DNA of 64,000 nt from Candidatus Fermentibacteraceae bacterium (lineage in GTDB: Bacteria > Fermentibacterota > Fermentibacteria > Fermentibacterales > JCC-6): the NCBI GenBank assembly GCA_046485185.1, contig JAWOHL010000089.1, positions 3,553 to 67,552 of the forward strand. The letters are read 5' to 3'. Numbering within the stretch: the stretch's first letter is position 1; each line of letters starts with the position of its first letter. Positions 36,726 through 46,677 of this stretch are shown here, one piece after another. The position numbers were made by a program, and so were the translations under genes. A model generated the notes under the pieces. The model had not been told where the DNA came from and did not search any database. It saw nothing but the letters and a program-made list of their open reading frames with translations.

Positions 36726-38003
36726 CTAAACGCAGGGGAACTTAACCCCTCCCACCACGACAGGCGGGACGAAAGCGTAGGATTTCCGCTCCGGGGCGCC
36801 CAGGGCTTCGATCCTCCCGAAAAGCTCAAGCGGGCGCCAGTTCCAGCGAAAGTCACGCAGTGGTTCCTCGGGTCTGCCGTCTTTAATCATGAAAACGCCG
36901 TCCCTTGTCATGCCGGTGAGCACAAGGGTTTTCTGATCAACGAAACGGATGTACCAAAGCCTTCTCACAAGGATTCCCCTTTGAGTCTTCCTGATCAGGT
37001 CCCGGGTTGAACCGGCGTCACCCTTCATCTCCAGGCAATCCGGAATGAAAAGGGGATCGCGCCCGGTTTTGGCGGCCCAGTACCTGTCACAGGGAAGGTT
37101 TTCCAGCGTTCCGTTCCTTATCCAGACCACATCTTTGGAAGGCACTCCGTCGCTGTTGAACGGAACCCCCTTTGCGGGACCGTCCGGATCCGAACGAAGG
37201 GTGAACCGCTGACCCGAAAGCTGTTTGCCCTGCATCCCGCTGTAGACTGTAAGGCCTTCATCGGCCCTTCTTGCGTCCATGCTCCATGCCAGGAAGGGCA
37301 GGAGGTCGGCCACGGCCTGGGGCTCGAAGATGATGCTGTACTCCCCGGGTTCGGCATCCCTCTGATCGGCGTTGGCCAGAGCTTCGCGGGCCACCTGCTC
37401 CGAGGCTTCACGCCAGGGGATGGACCCCCATGACTCGTGGTGCAGCTGCCGGAAACTTGACGCGCTGCCCCTGTCCATGGTGAAGCTCAACGTGACCGAG
37501 GTCTTTTCGTGGCTGGCGAGGTTTCCGGTGGACGAGGCATGGGCGGTGACGGTGTGAACATTTGAGCAGATCCCACCGGCCTCGAGGCCAAACCCCTCCG
37601 CAGTGTCGATAAGCCCCTTTACCGCTTCGATCCTTCTCTGAACCGGGCACTCCGCCGCCTCGGGGTCCAGAGCATCGTTAATGAACGGGTACACCTGCCC
37701 CTCTTCGGGAGGAGGCATGTACTCGGGGTCCGCAGGCGACGCTTCCATGAGAATCCTTGCTTTCGAGGCAGCCTTTTCCATTGATTCAGGCGTGGTGTCC
37801 TCGAAACTGACCGATGCCTTCCTGCTGCCATCCCCCACTGTCAGCATGACGGAAACACTCCCCGTGTCCTGGTTCTGGGTTATGGAGTTTTTCCCGAATC
37901 TGACCGACGCCACCCTGGAGAAGGTGACAAGCGCCGAGGAATGAAGTGTCCCTCCGGCATCAACCGCCCTCGCCGCAACCTCGACCGCACGATCGGCCGT
38001 CAT
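36726..38003 (-). CDS. pmbA: TldE/PmbA family metalloprotease subunit
   Basis: 425 aa of the TldD/PmbA family, lacking the HExxxH motif. Overlaps tldD by 4 nt. Confidence 0.7.
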   Translation of the reverse strand: MTADRAVEVAARAVDAGGTLHSSALVTFSRVASVRFGKNSITQNQDTGSVSVMLTVGDGSRKASVSFEDTTPESMEKAASKARILMEASPADPEYMPPPEEGQVYPFINDALDPEAAECPVQRRIEAVKGLIDTAEGFGLEAGGICSNVHTVTAHASSTGNLASHEKTSVTLSFTMDRGSASSFRQLHHESWGSIPWREASEQVAREALANADQRDAEPGEYSIIFEPQAVADLLPFLAWSMDARRADEGLTVYSGMQGKQLSGQRFTLRSDPDGPAKGVPFNSDGVPSKDVVWIRNGTLENLPCDRYWAAKTGRDPLFIPDCLEMKGDAGSTRDLIRKTQRGILVRRLWYIRFVDQKTLVLTGMTRDGVFMIKDGRPEEPLRDFRWNWRPLELFGRIEALGAPERKSYAFVPPVVVGGVKFPCV

Positions 38004-39436
38004 TTCCCACCTCCAACGTTCACATCACGGAACCTCGCCCAACTGGCGCCATGGGTCATTCTGGCCGACTGTGCCGGTTCTCCCTTGCCGCAGTTGAGAA
38101 CACCCATGGTTCTAAGCCACCGGGCGTCAGCGATGCCGTCGCAGCTCCCCCAGAACCTCGGGGTCTGGCTTCTGTATATCACTTTTTTGAGCGGTCCCGC
38201 TATTCTGCCGTTCTTGACGAGCTGGAACCTGTCGCCGCCGAACTGAAAGTTGAGCCGGCGCTGATCGATGCTGAATGAACCCCGGCCCTCGATCATGATC
38301 CCCATCTTCATGTCCTTGAGAAGGTCTTCCGGCGTCACCCCTTCAGGACCGGGCTCGAGTATGAAGTTGGGTTGTCTGTTTATCGGAAAACTGGAATAGT
38401 CCATGGCCCTGCAGCACCCCCTGCTGTAGGTTTTACCAACTAGGGGGCCGGTTTCCCGGACCGTTCCGAACTCCTGAAAGACACCGTTCCTCACGAGATG
38501 CCACTTCTGTCCGGGTACGCCTTCATCATCCCAGCCCCACGAAGCGAGTCCGTAGGGAAGCGTGTTGTCCGCCAGAAAGTTGACGAAATGGGAGCCGTAG
38601 ACGGCGCTTCGCTGGTCGCCCACTTCAAGGAAGGACCTGCCGGCCATGTTGGATTCCCATCCGAGGACCCTGTCGCTTTCGGTGGGATGACCCACTGATT
38701 CGTGCATGGTGAGGCTCAGGTGAATTCCGTCAAGCAGGAGGTCCATGACGCCTTCGGGTGATTCGGGGGCAAGAACCTTCTCCAGCGCCTCCTCCCTTGC
38801 CTTCTCCGCCCAGCCCGGCATGTCGCATTTCTCTATCCATTCCCAGCCGGCTATCCTGGCGCCGTCCTGAAGGGAGCGGCTCTGGGCGTCGCCGCCTGCA
38901 ACTGCGGTAGCCATCAGGAACGGTTCACTGAAGGTGAGGTCGGTTTCGACGAGGGAACCCTCGGTCGAGGCGAAAACCCGCTTCCTGTTCTCAAACCAGA
39001 GCCAGGCGTAACACTCCCTGATCCGCTGGTCCTTCATTGTTTCCCGGCTGACCCGTTCAAGCAGGGTCATCTTCTCACCGGGAGAGACACTGAAAGGGTC
39101 CTTTTCGAGGGGGCCACGGTAGAGCCCCCTTTGGGGGGCCAGCGGGGCAAGCCTCTTGCCAGTGGCACCCGAAGCCGCCACAGCGATATCGAAAGCCCTG
39201 CGCGCGGCTGCATCCACGCTTTCATGGTCGAAGCCCGTACTCGCGCCGAAACCCCAGGCCCCGCCCACAACGGCCCGCACTCCGAGTCCGGCGCTGTCAC
39301 GGACGATGCTCTGTTCAAGCCGCCCGTTCCGGAAGACCATCTTCTCCATCATGACCGTTTCAGCCCGGGCGTCGCCGTAGGACACGCCCAGGGATTCCAG
39401 TATCTCGATGGCGCGCTGCGCAGCCTTCTTCATCAT
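38000..39436 (-). CDS. tldD: TldD family metalloprotease
   Basis: HESVGHPTE (HExxxH) motif. The ATG at 39436 lies 1 nt after the rseC stop. Confidence 0.8.
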   Translation of the reverse strand: MMKKAAQRAIEILESLGVSYGDARAETVMMEKMVFRNGRLEQSIVRDSAGLGVRAVVGGAWGFGASTGFDHESVDAAARRAFDIAVAASGATGKRLAPLAPQRGLYRGPLEKDPFSVSPGEKMTLLERVSRETMKDQRIRECYAWLWFENRKRVFASTEGSLVETDLTFSEPFLMATAVAGGDAQSRSLQDGARIAGWEWIEKCDMPGWAEKAREEALEKVLAPESPEGVMDLLLDGIHLSLTMHESVGHPTESDRVLGWESNMAGRSFLEVGDQRSAVYGSHFVNFLADNTLPYGLASWGWDDEGVPGQKWHLVRNGVFQEFGTVRETGPLVGKTYSRGCCRAMDYSSFPINRQPNFILEPGPEGVTPEDLLKDMKMGIMIEGRGSFSIDQRRLNFQFGGDRFQLVKNGRIAGPLKKVIYRSQTPRFWGSCDGIADARWLRTMGVLNCGKGEPAQSARMTHGASWARFRDVNVGGGK

Positions 39437-39437
39437 G

Positions 39438-39857
39438 TCACTTCCCCTTTTCCAGAATACTGACAACGGTCAGACCAAATCCGGGCGCGGAGCACAGCCT
39501 TCTGTTCATGACCCATGAGAGGCCGAGCCCCAGCAAAAGCCCCCCGAACGCGCCGGCCGCCCCGGCGAACGCCCCTCCCCTGTTGAACAGGGCGTATCCG
39601 ACACCCATTATGAGGACGGGAAGCAGAAAGGTCACGAAAATAGCGGTCATTGAAGACCTGGTCCTGAACTCGACCTCCACCCTGTCCCCCACTGAGGCAT
39701 CTGCAAGGTTGGACGCCGGGACAACCCGGTCTTCGGGACCCTTTCCCGACAGGCCGTAGCATGTGCTCCTGGTCGAGCAGCTTCCGCACTGCGATGCGTC
39801 AACTGCAACCAGAGCGTTCTGGCCCCTGACTTCCCGGACAACCCCGGTGTGTGTCAT
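39438..39857 (-). CDS. rseC: RseC/MucC (SoxR-reducing system) family membrane protein
   Basis: N-terminal beta region with a Cys cluster (CGSCSTRSTC) followed by two TM helices, 139 aa. Confidence 0.7.
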   Translation of the reverse strand: MTHTGVVREVRGQNALVAVDASQCGSCSTRSTCYGLSGKGPEDRVVPASNLADASVGDRVEVEFRTRSSMTAIFVTFLLPVLIMGVGYALFNRGGAFAGAAGAFGGLLLGLGLSWVMNRRLCSAPGFGLTVVSILEKGK

Positions 39858-39934
39858 GGTCGCGAACCCCTTTCCCTGTTATGGATAAAGGTAACAATGA
39901 ATCGTCCGCTTGTCATCCTTGGAGGGATCATGCA

Positions 39935-40828
39935 ATGAGTGAGCTCTTTCGCCCGTTAAGGGCCATTCTGCCACTTCTCCCCCTGATCGCCGGTTGCGGC
40001 AGGCTTCTGACCATCTCGCACGGAGGTACGGGCAGGAGCTACCTGCTTCACATCCCTCCCGAACACAGAGCTGGCATGCCCCTTGTGGTAGCCCTTCACG
40101 GCGGTGGCGGTACCGCCTCCGGCTTCGCGCGGTATACCGGGCTTACGGGCCTTGCGGATGAAATGGGGTTCATCGTCGTGTTTCCCCAGGGGCTCAACAA
40201 CAGATGGTACGACAGCAACCACCTCTCCCGGGAGCCGGGAATGGAGTGGGTTGACGACACCGGCTTCATCGCGGCCCTTGTGGAGAGCGTGGGAACGGCT
40301 CACCGGACGGGGCCGGTTTTCGTCATGGGGCTCTCGAATGGTGGGATGTTCGCGCAGGAGCTTCTCGTCACCCGGGACGACCTGTTCTCGGGGGGGGCTT
40401 CCGTGGTATCGCAGATGCCTTCGGGTTTTACAGGTCAGGCATCCCGCCCCGTTCCGGTGCTTTTCATGAACGGCACGCTCGACCCACTGGTGCCCTACGG
40501 GGGCGGAACCGTCACCCTTCCCTGGGGAGAGACGCGTGGCGAGGTCCTGTCAACGGCCGGGAACGTGGAGCTTTGGCTGGACTGGAACGGCATCGAGAGT
40601 GAGCCTTATCTCACTATCGTGCCCGACACCGATCCCGAGGACGGCGCAAAAGCCGTTCTGAGTGAGTGGAGACGTGATGGCCGGGTGGTTGTGGCACTCT
40701 ACACCATCGAGGGCGGTGGACACACACTGCCGGGCGGCAGGCAGTACCTTCCGCCCGGAACGGTCGGGAACACCTGCAGGGACCTCGACGGTTCCAGGGC
40801 CATAATCGAATTCTTCCTGGGGCTTTGA
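39935..40828 (+). CDS. PHB-depolymerase-family esterase lipoprotein (LpqC-like)
   Basis: Lipobox LIAGCG, VVALHGGGGT, and nucleophile elbow GLSNGG. A GGAGGG RBS lies 8 nt upstream. Confidence 0.7.
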   Translation: MSELFRPLRAILPLLPLIAGCGRLLTISHGGTGRSYLLHIPPEHRAGMPLVVALHGGGGTASGFARYTGLTGLADEMGFIVVFPQGLNNRWYDSNHLSREPGMEWVDDTGFIAALVESVGTAHRTGPVFVMGLSNGGMFAQELLVTRDDLFSGGASVVSQMPSGFTGQASRPVPVLFMNGTLDPLVPYGGGTVTLPWGETRGEVLSTAGNVELWLDWNGIESEPYLTIVPDTDPEDGAKAVLSEWRRDGRVVVALYTIEGGGHTLPGGRQYLPPGTVGNTCRDLDGSRAIIEFFLGL

Positions 40829-42618
40829 TGCTGCCGCTTTGCATCATGCTTCTGGGGATGCCCTACGAGATGGGCAGGGATACATTCTACGACGCGCTGT
40901 TCTCAGGCTCGGGCATCGACAGGGTCGACTCCCTGCTGGCCCTTCTTGCCCGTGAACCCGACCTTCCGGACTACTTTCGGGGTTTCGCCTGGATGTACTG
41001 CTGCGCCGACAGCACAAGGACCGATTCCGTTCTCACACTGTGGATACGCGAACTCCCCGAAGACCCCAGGGCTTGGCTCGTCGCCTCTTACGCTGCCCTC
41101 GATTCCTTTCCGGAGAGGGCCTTGATCACCGCCACCCGCGGGCTCGAGGCTTTCGAGCGGTGGCACCCCGAGGGCATTCCCCCGGAAGAGTGGAAGCTCG
41201 TGGGGCGCGCGCTCAGGTCTGACCTCAGGTTCAACCGCTGCCGGGGCTTCTACGGAAGGGGAGACAGGATGGCCGCCCTCGAGGAGCTGGAACCCCTCCT
41301 TGAACCGGGGCTCTTCTCCGTGAACGACCACCATACAGGTGCCCCTTACCTTTTCTATGCCGGAGGGGCGTACCTTGAGACGGGCGATACCCTCCGGGGC
41401 GTCGAGCTCCTGATCAGGGCCGCCTCGGAGGGCGACATGGCTGACCTCTGGGGGTCCAGAGCGGACAGCACTCTCAATGTGATACTGGGGGACCGGTATC
41501 TGGAGAAGTGCAGGGAAATTGCTGGATATGACGGCCCGGTGTTCACCGATGCATCGGGGCTTCTGCCTGGTCCCGTACCCGGCACGCGCCATTGCTGGGG
41601 GGACATCGACGGGGACGGCAGGCCTGACCTTCTTGCGGGCGGCACGGTCCTTCTGAACGGGCCGTATGGGTTCGAGATCCTTGATTCGCTACCCGTGAAC
41701 GGCGGTGTTGTGGCCGACCTGAACAACGATGGTCTTCCGGACATCCTTGGCCTTGGAAGACAGCCGCTTCTCTTCCTTCAGACGCCCGACGGCGGCTTCA
41801 GGGAGGCCGCCCGGGAGATGGGGCTTGATCCGGTCGAAGCGCAGATAGAGGGAGCCGCGGTACTGGACTGGAACGGGGACGGCTATCAGGACATCTACCT
41901 GGCCGTTTACGAAGACCCCGACACCACGGGTTCGGGGCGTTCCGACGCGTTCTACCTGGGCGGCCCGGGGGGGTTCACCCGGGCTCCCGGTTTCGAGCTG
42001 GACCCTCCTCTCTGCGGCAGAAGCGTATCCGTGGTTGACCTTGAGGGGAACGGCCGTCAGTCGATCCTCGTCTCCAACTACAGGCTCGATCCCAACGTTT
42101 TCTGGGAGATTGTGGACGGTGCCCCGATGAACACCGCACCGGAACGGGGGCTCGACGGTGTTCAGGTCAAGGGTGCCTGGGGCCACACAATAGGAAGTGC
42201 ATGGTGCGACTTCGATCTCGACGGAGAGATCGACGTTTTCTCGGCCAACCTCGCCCACCCCCGCTTCATAGTCTTCTCGAACCGCAGCATGCTTCTGAGG
42301 AACGACGGGGGGCGTTTCACAGACGTCAGGGCTGAAATGGGAATAAAGTATGAGGAGACCCATTCCTTCCCTGTCTGGGCCGATTTCGACTCCGACGGTC
42401 TTCCCGACCTTTACATAACAAGCGTTTATCCGAACCGCCGGAGCTTTCTCTACATGAACACGGGAAATGGTTTCAGGGACGTGACCTGGATGGCGGGAGC
42501 AAGGGTAATGGACGGCTGGCACGTTTCGGCGGTCGACTTCGACTGCGACGGAAAGCCTGATCTGGCCGTGAACGCCGGGGGATCCATGTGGTTGCTCTTG
42601 AACGGCGGGGGGAACTGA
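40828..42618 (+). CDS. FG-GAP/VCBS repeat protein (CRTAC1-like) with N-terminal TPR-like region
   Basis: At least 7 Dx[DN]xDGxxD repeats (DIDGDGRPD, DLNNDGLPD, DWNGDGYQD, DFDLDGEID, DFDSDGLPD, DFDCDGKPD). Confidence 0.7.
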   Translation: MLPLCIMLLGMPYEMGRDTFYDALFSGSGIDRVDSLLALLAREPDLPDYFRGFAWMYCCADSTRTDSVLTLWIRELPEDPRAWLVASYAALDSFPERALITATRGLEAFERWHPEGIPPEEWKLVGRALRSDLRFNRCRGFYGRGDRMAALEELEPLLEPGLFSVNDHHTGAPYLFYAGGAYLETGDTLRGVELLIRAASEGDMADLWGSRADSTLNVILGDRYLEKCREIAGYDGPVFTDASGLLPGPVPGTRHCWGDIDGDGRPDLLAGGTVLLNGPYGFEILDSLPVNGGVVADLNNDGLPDILGLGRQPLLFLQTPDGGFREAAREMGLDPVEAQIEGAAVLDWNGDGYQDIYLAVYEDPDTTGSGRSDAFYLGGPGGFTRAPGFELDPPLCGRSVSVVDLEGNGRQSILVSNYRLDPNVFWEIVDGAPMNTAPERGLDGVQVKGAWGHTIGSAWCDFDLDGEIDVFSANLAHPRFIVFSNRSMLLRNDGGRFTDVRAEMGIKYEETHSFPVWADFDSDGLPDLYITSVYPNRRSFLYMNTGNGFRDVTWMAGARVMDGWHVSAVDFDCDGKPDLAVNAGGSMWLLLNGGGN

Positions 42619-42676
42619 CCGCTTGCAGAACGCCCGATTCCGGGGTATTTTTCTGCACCTCGGAAGGAGAACAGAC

Positions 42677-43591
42677 TTGACCCTTAAACCCCGCCCGTCA
42701 ATCTCGGGATTCACTTTCGTCCGGGATGCGGTGAAACTCGATTACCCCATCGCGGAATCCATCAGATCGATCCTCCCCATTGTGGACGAATTCATAGTGA
42801 ACCTCGGGGACTGTTCCGACAACACAAGGGATGTCATTGAAGCCATCGCCGACCCGAAGATCAAGCTGATCCACACGACCTGGAACCCCGACCGCTTTGT
42901 GCGGGGCGCCACAAATGCCGATCAGACGAACATCGCACTCGACCACTGCGCCGGCGAGTGGTGTTTTTACCTCCAGGCGGACGAGGTCATCCACGAGAAC
43001 GATCATCAGAGAATACTTGACACCATTGAACGTTGCCGGACCCGTCCCGAGGCTGACGGGCTTCTCTTCTCCTACAACCACTTCTGGGGCGACTACAGCA
43101 GGGTTCACAGAAGCCACTGCTGGTACGGTCACGATGTAAGGGTAGTGAGGTCGGGACGTGGCATCAGAAGCTGGAAGAGCGCCCAGAGCTTCAGGATGGA
43201 CGAAGGTACGAAGAAACTCAGAGTGGCGGATTCCGGCGCATTTGTCTACCATTACGGGTGGGTCAGGCACCCGCTTGTGATGCGCAGGAAACAGAAGGCG
43301 CTGGACCGCCTTCACCACAGCGCGGACTGGATGAAAAAGCACCATGACGAATCCGACATTCCCTGGGATTACGGCCCGCTCTCCAGAGTTCCGCTTTTCA
43401 GGGGAACGCATCCCGCGGTAATGGCGGATCGAATAAGGAACAAGGACTGGAGGGCCGAAGATTTTGGTGATCCGGCCCACCCGCCGCGACACGAGCACCT
43501 TCTGCTTTCCATGAGGCTCCACACGCTTCTTGAAAGGCTTCTCGGAACCAGCATCGGGGGCTACAGCAACTGGAAGAGAATTCCGGTCTGA
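42677..43591 (+). CDS. Glycosyltransferase-like protein (GT2-like fold)
   Basis: ISGFTFVRDAVKLDYP...NLGDCSDNT...YLQADEV pattern (DxD-like). TTG at 42677 with a GGAAGGAG RBS. The start is uncertain. Confidence 0.5.
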   Translation: MTLKPRPSISGFTFVRDAVKLDYPIAESIRSILPIVDEFIVNLGDCSDNTRDVIEAIADPKIKLIHTTWNPDRFVRGATNADQTNIALDHCAGEWCFYLQADEVIHENDHQRILDTIERCRTRPEADGLLFSYNHFWGDYSRVHRSHCWYGHDVRVVRSGRGIRSWKSAQSFRMDEGTKKLRVADSGAFVYHYGWVRHPLVMRRKQKALDRLHHSADWMKKHHDESDIPWDYGPLSRVPLFRGTHPAVMADRIRNKDWRAEDFGDPAHPPRHEHLLLSMRLHTLLERLLGTSIGGYSNWKRIPV

Positions 43592-43603
43592 TCGGAGGAT
43601 GAA

Positions 43604-44749
43604 ATGGCTGTTCCCTTTCTCGACCTCAAGGCCATCTACAACGAGATCCGTGACGAGGTCACTCCCGAGATAAACGATGTACTCGAAAGCTGCGGCTACG
43701 TTCTGGGGCCGAAAGTGGCCGCATTCGAAGAAAAGTTCGCAGGGATAACCGGTTCCCGTTACTGCATCGCGGTGTCCAACGGCACCGCTGCACTGCACTG
43801 CATGTTGACCGCCTCCGGTCTTGAACCCGGAAGCGGAGTGATAGTTCCGCCCAACACCTTCACAGCAACGGTCGAAGGCATTATCCTCGCGGGAATGGTG
43901 CCCGTGTTCGTTGATACCGAGGACAGGACATGGAACCTCGACCCCGTTCTGACCGAGGCTTTCATCGAAAAGAACCGCACCCCCTCGGGCGTGGTGGACC
44001 CCCGTACGCAAGCAGTTGTCAGAGCGGTGATGGCCGTCGACCTGTACGGTCATCCCGCGGACCACACCAGACTCGAATCGATTGCCGGGGCGAACGACAT
44101 GATGCTTTTTGAGGACGCGGCTCAAAGCCACGACGCGAACCGTGACGGCAGGCCGGCGGGTTCCTTCGGCATGGCGGCGTCGTTCAGCTTCTACCCCGGA
44201 AAGAACATGGGAGCCTTCGGTGAAGGCGGCGCGATAACGACCGATGACAGTGAACTCAACGACAGGGCGAGAAGTCTCAGGGATCACGGATCCCGCGACA
44301 AGTATTACTACGACTACATCGGTCACAACTACAGGATGTGCGCCATTCAGGGGGCGGTTCTCGGGGTCAAGTCCCGGCACATCCACCGCTGGAACGATCA
44401 GCGCCGTGAGGCGGCTTCCAGGTACGAACAGCTTCTCAAGGGCCTGCCTCTGCGGCTTCCCGAAGAAGCCCCATCCACCAGGCACGTCTTTCACCTCTAC
44501 GCCGTACACACTCCCAGGCGTGACGCCCTGAGGGATTTCCTCTCTCTTCGCAGTATAGCCAGCGGGATGCACTACCCGCACCCGCTGCACCTCCAGAAGG
44601 CGTACGCCTACCTCGGTCACGGACCCGGCGACTTCCCCGTTTCCGAAAAAAACTCCTTCGAAAACCTCACTCTCCCAATGTTCCCCGGCATAACGCAAGC
44701 CCAGCAGCGGGAGGTGGCTGATGCCATCGCAGCTTTTTTCAGGGGGTAA
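43604..44749 (+). CDS. DegT/DnrJ/EryC1/StrS family PLP-dependent sugar aminotransferase
   Basis: AVSNGTAAL, and SFYPGKNMGAFGEGGA carrying the PLP lysine motif. Confidence 0.85.
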   Translation: MAVPFLDLKAIYNEIRDEVTPEINDVLESCGYVLGPKVAAFEEKFAGITGSRYCIAVSNGTAALHCMLTASGLEPGSGVIVPPNTFTATVEGIILAGMVPVFVDTEDRTWNLDPVLTEAFIEKNRTPSGVVDPRTQAVVRAVMAVDLYGHPADHTRLESIAGANDMMLFEDAAQSHDANRDGRPAGSFGMAASFSFYPGKNMGAFGEGGAITTDDSELNDRARSLRDHGSRDKYYYDYIGHNYRMCAIQGAVLGVKSRHIHRWNDQRREAASRYEQLLKGLPLRLPEEAPSTRHVFHLYAVHTPRRDALRDFLSLRSIASGMHYPHPLHLQKAYAYLGHGPGDFPVSEKNSFENLTLPMFPGITQAQQREVADAIAAFFRG

Positions 44750-44752
44750 ACC

Positions 44753-46192
44753 TTGAAGAGGGGCAGGCAACTGGCTCTGAACCGAACCTATCAGGGGCTC
44801 GCCATCCTGACCGACATGATCTGCCTGGCGGCCGCCTTCATCCCCGCGACTCTGCTTCGATTCGACAGACTCGATGCGTATCCGTTCACCACCTATTTCG
44901 GAACATGGGCTTTCTACGCGCTATGGCTGTTCATGCTGAGCATCGTCGAGAACCTCTATTCCTTCCGTACCTCCATGAACCGCACCATGTACTCCTACAG
45001 GATGATCCGGCTCGTTCTGGTGACCACCGCTGCTTACGCGCTTACGGTTTTCCTGATGAAGGACACCAGGGGCATTTTCTTCGACAGCAGGATAGTTATC
45101 GTCCTGCATATGTTCCTGTGGGCGATCTTCGGGATCACTGCCAGAATGATCATTCTGCCGTGGGCATGCGGGTACTGGTACAAGCTGTTCAAAACGTGCG
45201 GCTCCTGCGCACTGGTTGTGGGAAACCCGTATGAAGCGGAAAAAATATCTGCCCTGTTGAGAAAGGCACCTGTCTACACGCAGACCCATTCGGTAACCAC
45301 TGTCGCGATGGAACTCCCCGATGCTCCGGAGGAGATTTACAAACTGTGCCTCACGCTCTCGAGTGAGAAGAATTGCGACCAGGTGTTCATCCTTTTCGGT
45401 AACCACGACCTCAACTGCGTGGCGGAAACCTCGATACTTCTCCACGACGCGGGGATCCCCTTCGTCATCTTCTCCGAGCACATACTGAACCTGGGTTACT
45501 TCGATCCGTGGCTCAGCCTCGAGGACTACGGCGCGGTCAGTTTCCTCAAACAGGCACGATCAACAAAGAACGATCTGGCTGCAAGGGTGATGGACATCCT
45601 GATAAGCGGTGGGGCCATTATCACGATCTCACCTCTTTTTCTTGTTGTTGCCCTGATGGTCAAGCTTTCCAGCAGAGGTCCGGTTTTCTTCCGTCAGACG
45701 AGGGTCGGGCTCGGTTCCCGGCACTTCAGCTTCCTGAAGTTCCGTTCAATGACCCACGACTCGACAGGCGCAAACTCCTCCGATCACAGGAAGTACTTCG
45801 CCGAGTACGCCAGGGGCAGGAGTTCAGGGGAACCCGACAAGTTCAAGCTCAACCAGAAAAGCCGCATAACCACTGTGGGCAGGCTGATCCGAAAGACCTC
45901 CATAGACGAACTCCCCCAGCTGTTCAATGTAATTCGGGGGGAGATGACCCTGGTGGGTCCAAGGCCGTGCATTCCCTACGAGCTGGAGTTCTACAGGAAC
46001 TGGCAGAACAGGCGTTTTACAGTAAAACCCGGCCTCACGGGCATATGGCAGGTCTACGGGAGAAGCCGGTTGCCCTTTGACCACGCCCAGTTCCTTGATT
46101 TCCTCTACACCATCGACATGTCGTACAGCCTCGACATCAGGCTCGTGATGAAAACCGTACCGGTGATACTGATGGGAAGAGGCGGAGTCTAG
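44753..46192 (+). CDS. Polyprenyl-phosphate sugar phosphotransferase (second paralog)
   Basis: TM-rich N-terminus. C-terminal FLKFRSM... and DELPQLFNVIRGEMTLVGPRP. Confidence 0.8.
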   Translation: MKRGRQLALNRTYQGLAILTDMICLAAAFIPATLLRFDRLDAYPFTTYFGTWAFYALWLFMLSIVENLYSFRTSMNRTMYSYRMIRLVLVTTAAYALTVFLMKDTRGIFFDSRIVIVLHMFLWAIFGITARMIILPWACGYWYKLFKTCGSCALVVGNPYEAEKISALLRKAPVYTQTHSVTTVAMELPDAPEEIYKLCLTLSSEKNCDQVFILFGNHDLNCVAETSILLHDAGIPFVIFSEHILNLGYFDPWLSLEDYGAVSFLKQARSTKNDLAARVMDILISGGAIITISPLFLVVALMVKLSSRGPVFFRQTRVGLGSRHFSFLKFRSMTHDSTGANSSDHRKYFAEYARGRSSGEPDKFKLNQKSRITTVGRLIRKTSIDELPQLFNVIRGEMTLVGPRPCIPYELEFYRNWQNRRFTVKPGLTGIWQVYGRSRLPFDHAQFLDFLYTIDMSYSLDIRLVMKTVPVILMGRGGV

Positions 46193-46572
46193 GGCTGCTC
46201 GGGGTAGGAATGCACGACCCAGGTATGCTCGAGAACCCAGGAAGCCAGGTCTTCCTCTTGCGCTCCGCGCCCCATGAGGCTGAGAGCTTCGAAAACGTCC
46301 TCGCGAAAGAGGATGAGAGCGGCGCCGGATATCCGTACCTCGAGACTCATCAGGGGCCATCCACCGGCGATGCTGTCGAGAAGAAGGAAAAAGGTGCCCC
46401 CGTAGTGCTTGAGAAGGCTGTCCCCCTGGGACAGGCTGCCGGTGATCTCCACAATAAAGCTGGATTCGTCGATTGTTACGGCACGGACGGGCACGCCCCT
46501 GGCAAGCAGATCTTCATGGGGATCGGCGAACGATGCCGCAACGAACAACACGACCAGCCAGCAGACCTTCAA
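46189..46572 (-). CDS. Hypothetical small secreted protein
   Basis: 127 aa, signal peptide MKVCWLVVLFVAASFA, TTG start with a GGGAG RBS. Confidence 0.45.
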   Translation of the reverse strand: MKVCWLVVLFVAASFADPHEDLLARGVPVRAVTIDESSFIVEITGSLSQGDSLLKHYGGTFFLLLDSIAGGWPLMSLEVRISGAALILFREDVFEALSLMGRGAQEEDLASWVLEHTWVVHSYPEQP

Positions 46573-46604
46573 AAGAGACTCCCTTCGAAAACCATGAAGT
46601 GGTG

Positions 46605-46613
46605 ATTATGCCA
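46605..46613 (-). promoter_or_regulatory. Extended -10 (TGGCATAAT) for the divergent 127-aa gene
   Basis: The reverse complement of 46605-46613 reads TGGCATAAT, about 30 nt upstream of the TTG start at 46572. Confidence 0.35.
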
Positions 46614-46641
46614 AAACTCTTTCCGGGGGGAAAGGGCGGGA

Positions 46642-46670
46642 TTGAAATGATGTTGGCCAAAACCTATATT
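46642..46670 (+). promoter_or_regulatory. Sigma70-type promoter ending 7 nt before ATG 46678 (predicts a leaderless mRNA)
   Basis: TTGAAA (46642-46647), 17-nt spacer, TATATT (46665-46670). No SD sequence between the -10 and the ATG. Confidence 0.5.
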
Positions 46671-46677
46671 CCAAATC

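Noticed and set aside
42698-44770. 690-aa ORF on the minus strand spanning the GT2-like and DegT genes.
   Set aside because: It lies antisense to two genes with clear family motifs. Its translation is Gly/Arg/Pro/Val-rich with no motif. Long stop-free antisense frames are expected in GC-rich DNA.
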